Source: Ensifer sp.
Lineage (GTDB): Bacteria > Pseudomonadota > Alphaproteobacteria > Rhizobiales > Rhizobiaceae
Assembly: GCA_050301895.1 (NCBI GenBank)
Contig: JBNKZZ010000001.1
Span: 34,656 to 98,655 of the forward strand
Length of the DNA: 64,000 nucleotides
Direction: 5' to 3'
The notes under the pieces were generated by a model. The model saw only the letters and a program-made list of their open reading frames with translations, was not told where the DNA came from and did not search any database. The position numbers were made by a program, and so were the translations under genes. Shown here in pieces: positions 52,068 to 61,500 of this stretch; the first letter of the stretch is position 1, and every line of letters begins with the position of its first letter.

Positions 52068-53441
52068 TTGACCTCAGACAAGAAGCGTCGCCCAAATCAG
52101 AACAAGTCGCCCGTAAGCGGATCAGAAAAACCAGGTCTTGCCGCGCGTCAGGCCGCCGCAAAGATACTTTCTGCAGTCGTTGACCGGAAAATTTCGCTGG
52201 ATGGCATGCTTGATGGCGAACACGGCAATCCTGCCTACCGGGATTTGAGCGCCGCTGACAAGGCGTTGACCCGCGCAATTGTGAGTTCCGCGCTGCGACA
52301 TCTGCCGCAAATTGAGGCGATTATCGGATCGCTGTTGAAATCCCCGTTGCCCGATGGTGCCAGGGCGTTGCATCACGGTCTGAATGTGGCTGCTGCCCAA
52401 ATTCTCTACCTGGATGTGCCCGATCACTCTGCTGTTGATCTGGCGGTTGAGCAGGCGAATATTGACCCGCGCAACAGGCGGTTCGCGAGCCTGGTGAATG
52501 CTGTCCTGCGGCGGCTGGTGCGCGAAAAGGAAGAACTTCTCAGCACTATCGGTGCATCCGTTCCCGCTCTTCCATCATGGTTCTTCGATAGGCTTGTTGA
52601 AAGCTATGGTGAGGAAGCCGCCCGCAGGATCGCGGATGCGCAAATGGCCCCCGCCCCTGTTGACCTTACGGTCAAATCGGACCCTGAAGGCTGGGCCAAA
52701 AAGCTCGGCGGCAAGGTGCTGCCAACGGGAAGCGTCCGGTTGGACCACTATGACGGTGCGATCAGTGATTTGGAAGGCTATGCAGACGGACAATGGTGGG
52801 TGCAGGATGCGGCGGCAGCCATTCCAGCCCGACTTTTCGGCGACATCGCAGGTCAGCGCGTTGTTGATCTTTGCGCTGCGCCTGGTGGTAAAACCGCGCA
52901 GTTAATAGCAGCTGGTGCCGATGTGACAGCGCTCGACCAATCTGCAAGCAGATTGAAGCGCCTGAAGGGCAATTTGCTCCGACTTGGAATGCAGGCGGAG
53001 CTTCATAACGCCAATGCAGGTGATTTTACCACGCAGGCGCCTTTCGATGCTGCGCTTCTTGATGCGCCATGTTCATCCACGGGCACAGCAAGGCGGCATC
53101 CGGACATTCCCTGGACGAAGTCCTTTGCGGATATAGAGAAACTGGCGAAAGTGCAGGAAAATCTGCTTCGCCATGCTCTAACGCTCGTAAAGCCGGGCGG
53201 AAGAGTGGTTTTCTCCAACTGTTCTCTCGACCCGCTTGAGGGAGAGGAGATGGTTGCACGCCTTGTTTCGCAAGGCGTTTGTGAACGAGTGCCGGTAGAA
53301 AAGGACGGGTTGCCTGGCCTCGAGGAAGCCGTCACGTCGCTGGGCGAAGTTCGCACTACGCCGGCAATGCTGCATTTGAGTGAAGATCCAAAGTCGAACG
53401 GGCTGGACGGTTTTTTTGCCGTCATTTTGAAGCGCGTTTAG
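52068..53441 (+). CDS. rsmB: RsmB/NOP family RNA m5C methyltransferase with NusB-like N-terminus
   Basis: WWVQD, DLCAAPGGKT, LDAPCSSTG, FSNCSL and DGFF motifs. Confidence 0.92.
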   Translation: MTSDKKRRPNQNKSPVSGSEKPGLAARQAAAKILSAVVDRKISLDGMLDGEHGNPAYRDLSAADKALTRAIVSSALRHLPQIEAIIGSLLKSPLPDGARALHHGLNVAAAQILYLDVPDHSAVDLAVEQANIDPRNRRFASLVNAVLRRLVREKEELLSTIGASVPALPSWFFDRLVESYGEEAARRIADAQMAPAPVDLTVKSDPEGWAKKLGGKVLPTGSVRLDHYDGAISDLEGYADGQWWVQDAAAAIPARLFGDIAGQRVVDLCAAPGGKTAQLIAAGADVTALDQSASRLKRLKGNLLRLGMQAELHNANAGDFTTQAPFDAALLDAPCSSTGTARRHPDIPWTKSFADIEKLAKVQENLLRHALTLVKPGGRVVFSNCSLDPLEGEEMVARLVSQGVCERVPVEKDGLPGLEEAVTSLGEVRTTPAMLHLSEDPKSNGLDGFFAVILKRV

Positions 53442-53536
53442 CGCTTCTAAGCCGAATTTCCATTGAAATCAGTTGATTACAGTTTCAGTACGTCGCTCGT
53501 GAATTGACAAACATATCATTGTCCATAGGAATGTGG

Positions 53537-53551
53537 TTAACGGGGAGTTAA
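53537..53551. promoter_or_regulatory. CtrA box upstream of the heparinase II/III-like gene
   Basis: TTAA-CGGGGAG-TTAA; on the minus strand TTAA-N7-TTAACC. Confidence 0.65.
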
Positions 53552-53561
53552 ATTAGGTATT

Positions 53562-55268
53562 ATGAAGGTAGCCGCGCGTCAAAGCATGGTCAGCCTCTAC
53601 ATGGTAGAGGCGCGGCGCCGTATCGGCAAAGGCTGGGTGCAGTTTTCGCTCCAGTACTTGCCGTTGCCCGTTCGCCAGCCGGAGCGTTTGCTAGTCGCGC
53701 CGACCGATCTCCATGCAGCAGATACGCATATTGCGGATGAAATGCTCTCGGGTCGTTTTGCCTTGGCCGGACGTGTGCTGGAAACCGGCGGCGGATCGCC
53801 GTTTGATTTTGACCTCCCGTCGATCGCTTTTGCCAATCGGCTGCACTCCTTTGTCTGGCTGCGTGACGTGCGCGCCGCTCAAAGCGAGCAGCATTGTCGA
53901 ATTTCGCGGCGCATCGTTGATGATTGGATGTTGCTGTACGGTCGCTCTTTCGCTTCAATCGCCTGGGAACCGGAAATTGCTTCGCAGCGTTTGATTTCCT
54001 GGCTCTCCCATTCTCCCGTCATATTGAAAGAGGCTGAGCTGAAATTTTATCGGCGGTTTCTCAAGAGCATTGCCCTGCATGTGCGCTTTCTCAAGCTTCT
54101 GACGCCGTATTTGCCGGAAAACGATACGCGTCTGCGTTGCCGCATCGCTCTCGCCTTGGCGAGTCTGTCATTGCCTGCATCAGCCAAGGATATTCGACGT
54201 GCCAGCGCTGCGCTTGATAAGGAATTGGAACGTCAGATCTTGCCGGACGGTGGACACGTCTCGCGTAATCCGCGGATTATTCTGGAGCTTCTCTTGCTGC
54301 TTCTGCCGCTGCGTCAAACCTACATCAATCTTGGATATGAACTGCCGGCAAAACTGATTCCGGCCATTGATCGGATGTTTCCAGCGCTCAGGTTTTTCCG
54401 CCATCAGGGCGGTGAGCTTGCGCTTTTCAATGGTGCAACCTCCGCTTTGGCGAATGAACTGGCTTCGGTGCTGCGCTACGATGAAACATCTGGCGGCGCA
54501 TACAAGTCGCTACCTTATGTCCAGTTTCATCGTTTGGCAGTCAAAGAGACTGTTGTCATAGCCGATACCGGCAAGGCATTGACGACGGAAATGTCGCGGA
54601 CCGCAAATGCGGGCGCACTTTCCTTTGAAATGTCGTCAGGCCGAAACCGGTTTATCGTCAATTCCGGTGCGCCTAAATATGCCGGCAAGAAATATCAGGC
54701 TCTTTCTCGTATGACTGCGGCGCATTCTGCCGTTACGGTGAATGACAATTCCTGTTTCAAATTGTCGCTGTCGGAATTTCTTGGGCCGGTTGTTATCGCA
54801 GGCGTGGATGCGGTGAGCGTTGAACGGCGTGAGGAAGACGGCGGTGCACAGGGGCTGAATATGCGCCATGACGGCTATGTCGATGTCGCAGATATCGTTG
54901 TTGAACGTGATCTGCAGCTCTCCTCCAGTGGTGCGCAGTTGCGCGGACGCGAGCGGCTGCTCGGAACAAATGGCGGTGAACCCTCTGCAGAAAACAAGTC
55001 CACCGCAGTAGCACGCTTCCACATACACCCTTCAATTGCCATTCGGGTTATTGATGAAAACGAGGTCTATTTGCGTGCGGCAGATGGCGAGGTCTGGAGC
55101 TTTTCGTGCATCGATACACCTGTTGAGGTGACCGAAGATGTATATTTTGCTGATCCGTCCGGTATGCGTATCTCGCAACAGATTGAATTGGCATTTGATG
55201 CCCGAGAAAATCCGGAAATTCAATGGGTCATGACCCGCAAGCAATCCGGTGCGGCTTCGCCAGACTGA
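53562..55268 (+). CDS. Heparinase II/III family protein
   Basis: QILPDGGHVSRNP, LALFNG, LSFEMS, TAAHS and RFHIHP motifs; rsmB-X-purH gene order. Confidence 0.85.
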   Translation: MKVAARQSMVSLYMVEARRRIGKGWVQFSLQYLPLPVRQPERLLVAPTDLHAADTHIADEMLSGRFALAGRVLETGGGSPFDFDLPSIAFANRLHSFVWLRDVRAAQSEQHCRISRRIVDDWMLLYGRSFASIAWEPEIASQRLISWLSHSPVILKEAELKFYRRFLKSIALHVRFLKLLTPYLPENDTRLRCRIALALASLSLPASAKDIRRASAALDKELERQILPDGGHVSRNPRIILELLLLLLPLRQTYINLGYELPAKLIPAIDRMFPALRFFRHQGGELALFNGATSALANELASVLRYDETSGGAYKSLPYVQFHRLAVKETVVIADTGKALTTEMSRTANAGALSFEMSSGRNRFIVNSGAPKYAGKKYQALSRMTAAHSAVTVNDNSCFKLSLSEFLGPVVIAGVDAVSVERREEDGGAQGLNMRHDGYVDVADIVVERDLQLSSSGAQLRGRERLLGTNGGEPSAENKSTAVARFHIHPSIAIRVIDENEVYLRAADGEVWSFSCIDTPVEVTEDVYFADPSGMRISQQIELAFDARENPEIQWVMTRKQSGAASPD

Positions 55269-55418
55269 TTGTGCCAATAGCCTCACATTTTGTTCCTGTT
55301 TTGCTGCGCCAGATTGCCGCTGCATGTTTCTTATAGTTGGCATCTGTGTTAGAGCGCGCGTGAATTTCCCGCGTGGCGGTATCGTCCGCATATCTTCCTC
55401 TTCCAAGGACTGAAAAGA

Positions 55419-57035
55419 ATGGCTGTTGTTTCCAAGAAAATCCCCGCTCCTGAAAGCGTTGAGATCAAGACTGCACTTCTATCTGTATCTGACAAGACAG
55501 GTATCATCGAGTTGGCGCAGGCTCTGGTAGCGCGTGGCGTTGCACTGGTATCCACTGGAGGTACAAAGAAGGCGATTGCAGACGCGGGACTTCCGGTCCG
55601 TGATGTTTCCGATCTGACCGGCTTCCCTGAGATCATGGATGGGCGCGTGAAGACGCTGCACCCCGGCGTGCATGGTGGGTTGCTCTCCATTCGCGGCGAT
55701 GAGGAGCACGTTGCAGCAATGTCGGAACACGGCATTCAGGCGATCGATCTTGCCGTGATCAACCTGTATCCCTTTGAGGATGTGCGTGCAAAAGGCGGCG
55801 ATTATCCAACAACGGTTGAGAATATCGACATTGGCGGACCAGCGATGATCCGCGCATCTGCCAAGAACCACGCTTATGTGACCGTGATTACCGATCCATC
55901 AGATTACGCATCGCTTCAGGCAGAGTTGGAGAAGGGCAACGGCGCGACCAGCTATCGTTTCCGTCAGGAAATGGCGGCACGTGCCTATGCGCGTACCGCT
56001 GCGTACGACTCTGCGATCTCCAATTGGTTCGCAGGCGAGCTTGGTATGGGCATGCTCAAGCACCGCGCAATTGGCGGCGTATTGAAGGAAGAGATGCGCT
56101 ACGGCGAAAACCCGCACCAGGCAGCTGGTTTCTACATTACCGGTGAAAATCGCCCCGGTGTTGCCACGGCGAAGCTGCTGCAGGGCAAGCAGCTTTCCTA
56201 TAACAACATCAACGACACCGATGCCGCTTATGAGCTCGTATCTGAATTCGGCGCGGAAAAGGGACCGGCATGCGCGATCATCAAGCATGCCAACCCCTGC
56301 GGCGTTGCAACCGGCCCGACGCTGGCAGAAGCATACCGGCGCGCACTTGCCTGTGACTCAACATCAGCATTTGGTGGTATCATCGCTCTCAACCAGGCAC
56401 TCGACGGTGAAACAGCCGAAGAAATCATCAAGCTTTTCACGGAAGTCATCATTGCGCCTTCTGTTTCGGAAGAAGCAAAGGCAATCATCGCCAAGAAGCC
56501 AAACCTGCGGCTTCTGGAAGCTGGTGGTCTTGCCGATCCATCTGTCCCGGGCTTGACCGCAAAGACGGTTTCCGGCGGCCTGCTGATACAGACGCGTGAC
56601 AATGGTCTCGTTGAGAATCTCGACCTGAAGGTTGTAACCAAACGTGCGCCAAGCGACAGGGAACTGGAAGATCTGAAATTTGCGTTCAAAGTTGCAAAGC
56701 ACGTGAAATCCAACGCTGTGGTCTATGCCAAGGATGGTCAGACTGCCGGTATTGGGGCTGGTCAGATGAGCCGTGTGGATTCAGCAAGGATCGCAGCGGT
56801 CAAGGCCGAAGATGCTGCCAAGGCTGCCGGTTGGGCGGAGCCAATGACCAATGGGTCTGTTGTCGCCTCGGAAGCGTTCCTGCCTTTCCCTGACAGTCTT
56901 CAGTCCATGATTGCTGCGGGTGCTACTGCGCTCATTCAGCCAGGTGGCTCGATCAAGGATGCTGATGTGATCGCCGCTGCCGATGAAGCGGGTATCGCCA
57001 TGGTGTTTACTGGCATGCGTCACTTCCGCCACTAA
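55419..57035 (+). CDS. purH: Bifunctional AICAR formyltransferase/IMP cyclohydrolase
   Basis: [31 protein letters not shown] and C-terminal MRHFRH motifs. Confidence 0.98.
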   Translation: MAVVSKKIPAPESVEIKTALLSVSDKTGIIELAQALVARGVALVSTGGTKKAIADAGLPVRDVSDLTGFPEIMDGRVKTLHPGVHGGLLSIRGDEEHVAAMSEHGIQAIDLAVINLYPFEDVRAKGGDYPTTVENIDIGGPAMIRASAKNHAYVTVITDPSDYASLQAELEKGNGATSYRFRQEMAARAYARTAAYDSAISNWFAGELGMGMLKHRAIGGVLKEEMRYGENPHQAAGFYITGENRPGVATAKLLQGKQLSYNNINDTDAAYELVSEFGAEKGPACAIIKHANPCGVATGPTLAEAYRRALACDSTSAFGGIIALNQALDGETAEEIIKLFTEVIIAPSVSEEAKAIIAKKPNLRLLEAGGLADPSVPGLTAKTVSGGLLIQTRDNGLVENLDLKVVTKRAPSDRELEDLKFAFKVAKHVKSNAVVYAKDGQTAGIGAGQMSRVDSARIAAVKAEDAAKAAGWAEPMTNGSVVASEAFLPFPDSLQSMIAAGATALIQPGGSIKDADVIAAADEAGIAMVFTGMRHFRH

Positions 57036-57055
57036 GAATGGCACGAAAGATGAAG

Positions 57056-57089
57056 AAAGCCCGGCTGCGAAACCGCTGCCGGGCTTTTT
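57056..57089. terminator. Terminator after purH
   Basis: AAAGCCCGGC...GCCGGGCTTTTT hairpin. Confidence 0.8.
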
Positions 57090-57107
57090 AATGTCTGCTG
57101 TCAAGAA

Positions 57108-57123
57108 TGATTCACGTGAAACC
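57108..57123. promoter_or_regulatory. parS site (2 mismatches), intergenic
   Basis: TGATTCACGTGAAACC versus TGTTTCACGTGAAACA. Confidence 0.7.
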
Positions 57124-57147
57124 ACAGCTTATTTGCGGGTCAAGCGC

Positions 57148-58539
57148 TCATTCTTCCGCCAATGCAGGATAGGGTGTTCCCCACAAAATGACCAAGCCCA
57201 CGACAAAGAACAGGCTGAGTGTCGCCATTCCCCAGTAGGCGGACCCGGAAGCATATGTTGCTATGGAAAACGCCAGGGTCGCCATGAACGAGGTAATCCG
57301 GCCCGTTAGTGCGTAAATGCCGAAGAAGCGCCCGGCTTCATCGGGATGTATGCTTCTGGCCAGGAAAGAACGGGATGAGGCCTGAACCGGGCCAAATGCA
57401 AGGCCAGTAAACAGGCTGAAGAGAATATAGACCTTCTCTGCCGCAGTCCCGAAGAGACCACCTTGGTCCTCCGTTGAAAGCGCAATCAAGCCGAACAGGG
57501 TGGAATCGTGATGGGTGGAAACAATCCCAACGGATGATATGAGCAGCGCGATGAGTGCCAGAATAATGGTACGCTTGGAGCCAAGGAACTTGTCCACGTA
57601 GCCCGCCAATATGCTGCTGGGAATGGCAACCATATTGAGGATGATGCCGTAAATGCCAATTTCCATGGTCACCCAGCCGAAAAGACCTGCGGCAAACGCG
57701 CCGCCTAGAACGAGCAGACCGTTCACGCCATCCTGATAGATCATGCGAGCGATATAGAAACGTAAGAGGGACTTCCGTCTGGAAAGCTCGCCAAGTGTTG
57801 TTTTCAGCTCTGCCAGACCGTGTGCAACAGCTGGCTTCAATGCGCGGCTGGTGCCTTGAATATCCGGCGTGAAAAGGAACATTGGCAAGACGAATATAAC
57901 ATACCAGACGGCTGCAAATGGCCCGGTAACACGCGCGTCATCACCAGTTGCTGGATCAAGTCCAAAGAGCGCAGGAATGCCCAAAATTGTTTTGCCGGAT
58001 TCAGGACTGGCGGCGAGCAGTGCAACAACGGTTATCAGCACGATCATGCCGCCGGTATAGCCAAGCCCCCAGGCAATGTTGGATATCTTGCCTACCTGCT
58101 GTTTGGAGAACAGCCTCGGGATCATTGAGTCGTTGAATAGCGTTGAAAATTCAACGGAAATCGTAACGATCACCATGAGAATGACTGGATAGATTGGATT
58201 GGAGCCGGGCGTTGCAAACCAAAGGAGCGACAGCCCTACGACAAGGAAAAGGCTGAAGAAGCCAATCCATGGTTTCTTCGCACCTGTTGCGTCGGCCACT
58301 GAACCTAAAACGGGTGAAAGGATTGCAATGATGACGCCCGCAATTGTTGCCATGTTGGACCACATAGCCTGGGCTGAGACCGGATCTTCCGTTAGCCGGG
58401 AAACAAAATACGGTCCGAAGATAAATGTTGTGACAACCGTGTAGGTGGGCTGTGCCGCCCAATCGAACATCATCCAGCCAAATATGCCCTTCCGACTGGT
58501 TTTCGGAATTGCGCTCAATTCATCAACAAGTGCCGTCAA
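57148..58539 (-). CDS. MFS transporter (UMF1/Atg22-like)
   Basis: GWMMFDWAAQP, WGLGYTGG and GPVQASSRS motifs; about 12 hydrophobic segments. Confidence 0.9.
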   Translation of the reverse strand: MTALVDELSAIPKTSRKGIFGWMMFDWAAQPTYTVVTTFIFGPYFVSRLTEDPVSAQAMWSNMATIAGVIIAILSPVLGSVADATGAKKPWIGFFSLFLVVGLSLLWFATPGSNPIYPVILMVIVTISVEFSTLFNDSMIPRLFSKQQVGKISNIAWGLGYTGGMIVLITVVALLAASPESGKTILGIPALFGLDPATGDDARVTGPFAAVWYVIFVLPMFLFTPDIQGTSRALKPAVAHGLAELKTTLGELSRRKSLLRFYIARMIYQDGVNGLLVLGGAFAAGLFGWVTMEIGIYGIILNMVAIPSSILAGYVDKFLGSKRTIILALIALLISSVGIVSTHHDSTLFGLIALSTEDQGGLFGTAAEKVYILFSLFTGLAFGPVQASSRSFLARSIHPDEAGRFFGIYALTGRITSFMATLAFSIATYASGSAYWGMATLSLFFVVGLVILWGTPYPALAEE

Positions 58540-58578
58540 GTTCCCCTCCCAACCGCAGGCTTCATTGCGGGGAATGTG

Positions 58579-61500
58579 TCATGCGCCTGTGTCTTTAGCA
58601 AGCGTGTTGAGCCAGCCAGCGGCAACAACGCAGCGTGCAAGGGTTGGCTCGGCAGTGTCGGTCAGGTTTGTCAGGCGAGACGCGAGCTCCCCAAGCGACT
58701 TGTTGTGCTTTTCATGCCACGCGAGCAGGGGATTCTTCTCGCCTTTGCCTTCAACAAGAACACTCATCGAAATCGCTCTGCGGCTATCGGAGATTTCATC
58801 CAGACTATGCGCGAGCGCCTGGGCCTCGAATTGATCGGAGGGCTGCAGGCTTTCCGCAGCAGCAAGCAGTCTCGAAACGCGGAATGTTTCAGAAACACCG
58901 AAGAAAATGTGGCCGGCCCGTTCAAGCTTTTCGTTCGCAGCATCGGCAATTGTTACAATTTCCGGAATGACGTCCAGCGCTTGAATGGCGGCCAGCTCAT
59001 CTGCCAGTCGTTGCGGTATGCCGGCATTGGTGAGCGTTTCAGCCTTGTTGCTGATTGCGGCAACCTGATGCTGGGGCAAAATAGCTGAAAGCTGCTTCAT
59101 TGCGTTTGCACATGCCTTGCGAAGCCTGTTGACGGCCTGTTCAAGCGGCAGCTTGGCCAACCCCGTCTTGATAACAAGGCGGCTGCTGGTTTCATAAAGC
59201 TGGGCGACCATCTCGTAGAGGCTGTTTTGCAGGTCTCCGGAAATGGCATTGTCCAGAGCGTCAATTTCACCCCATATCTTTGTCATGTCGAAGCCGTCGC
59301 TTACGATGATTGCGGCTTTGACGATCTCTGAACTGCTGGCACCTGTTGAGTCTCGCATTGAGGAGAGAAAGGCTGGTCCGCCCCTGTTGATGGCATGGTT
59401 GGCGAGCTGGGTAGCGATAATTTCGCGGCGCAGGCGATGGCTTTCAATGTCCCCATGATATGTTTTGCGCATGCGCGTGGGGAAGTAGCTGGTCAGCAGA
59501 GGCTCAAACCACGGATCATCCGGCAGTTCGCTTGCCACCAACTCGTCGAAGAGCACAATTTTTGAATAGGAGAGCAACACGCCGATTTCGGCACGCGTCA
59601 GCGGGTGGCCGGATGCGTAGCGCTCCTGCATCGTCTGTGTATCGGGCAGGTTTTCGTTCGCTCTGTCGAGGTGACCGTCAGCCTCAAGACGGTTCATGAG
59701 CTGGGTAAGTTCTGCAGCATTTCGCAGACCTTTTCTCTGGCACAGCGTAATTGCCAAGCTTTGCAGGTAATTGTTGCGGAGAACCAGTTCGGCAACATCA
59801 TCTGTCATGGATGCCAGAAGCTTGTTACGCGCGCTGCGGGTCAGTCGCCCCTCGCGCATGGCGTTGGCCAGTGCGATTTTGATGTTGACCTCGACGTCGG
59901 AGGAGTTCACGCCTGCCGAGTTGTCGATGGCATCGGAGTTGCAGCGGCCTCCCTTCAGTCCGAAAGCGATTCGGCCACGTTGTGTCACACCGAGATTTGC
60001 GCCTTCGCCAATAACCTTGGCCCGAACCTCGGCCGCTGAAATGCGAACGGGATCATTGGCGCGGTCCCCGACCTCGGCGTTGGTCTCGGCAGATGAGCGG
60101 ATATAGGTACCGATACCGCCGAACCAGAAGAGATCGACCTCGGCACGCAAGATGGCATTTATCACCTCGAATGGGGTGGCTGACGTCTTGCCAAGACCAA
60201 TTGCCGCTGCTGCTTCCGGCGTCAGTCGCACCGACTTTTCCGCACGGGATATGATCATGCCGCCTTTGGAAAGCTTGTCCTTACCATAATCCTGCCAGCT
60301 TGACCGTGGCAGTGCAAAAAGCCTCTGCCGCTCCGCATAGGAGATTGCGATGTCCGGATCAGGATCGATCATGATATCGCGGTGGTCGAATGCTGCGATC
60401 AGGCGAATTTTCCGCGACAGGAGCATTCCGTTACCGAATACGTCGCCGGACATGTCGCCGACACCAGCGACGGTGAATGGTGTCGACTGAATGTCGATAT
60501 CCATTTCGCGGAAATGACGTTTGACGGTCTCCCACGCACCGCGTGCTGTGATACCCATTTTCTTGTGGTCATAGCCAGCCGACCCGCCCGAGGCAAAGGC
60601 GTCATCAAGCCAGAAGCCGGCTTCCTGCGCCAGCTCATTTGCTGTGTCTGAAAAGGTTGCAGTACCCTTGTCTGCCGCGACTACGAAATAGGGATCGTCC
60701 TCATCATGCCGGATTGTATTTTCCGGAGGAATGATCTCGTTGCCGTCAATGTTGTCGGTTACCGAAAGCAATGTGCGTATAAATGTTTTATAGGCGCTTT
60801 TTCCGGCTTCAAATACTTCATCACGGCTGCCTCCAACCGGCAGTTTTTTGGGGTAGAAGCCACCCTTTGCGCCGACCGGAACAATGACGGAGTTTTTGAC
60901 CTGTTGTGCCTTCACGAGTCCCAGAACTTCAGTGCGATAATCCTGAGCACGGTCTGACCAGCGAAGCCCGCCGCGTGCAACTTTGCCGTATCTGAGGTGA
61001 ATGCCTTCGACCTCACCGCCATAGACGAAAATCTCTCGATAGGGATGGGGTTCCGGCAAGCCTTCGACGGATCGTGGATCAAGTTTGAAGGCCAGGGTTT
61101 GTCTCGGCCCGCCTTCGTCATCAATTTGGTAGTAGTTGACCCGCAATGTGGCCTTTATGACATTGATGTAGCGCCGCAGGATGCGATCTTCGTCAAGGCT
61201 TGGGACTGATGCCAGATCGTTCTCAATGCTTTCACAGATCGTCCGCTGCGCCTGCTCGCGTGTCTTGCCAGTCATTGAAGGATCAAAGCGGGCCTCAAAG
61301 AGCTTGAGGAGGTGAACGGCGATATCTGGATGGCGCGCCAGCGTGTCGGCTATGTAGCCTTGCGAATAGGTAACCCCTGCCTGACGCATGTATCGGGCAT
61401 AAGCGCGCAAGACGCTGACTTCGCGGAACGTCAATTTGGCGGATAGAACCAACCGGTTGAAGCTGTCATCATCCACAATACCGGTGAAGGCTGCCAGAAA

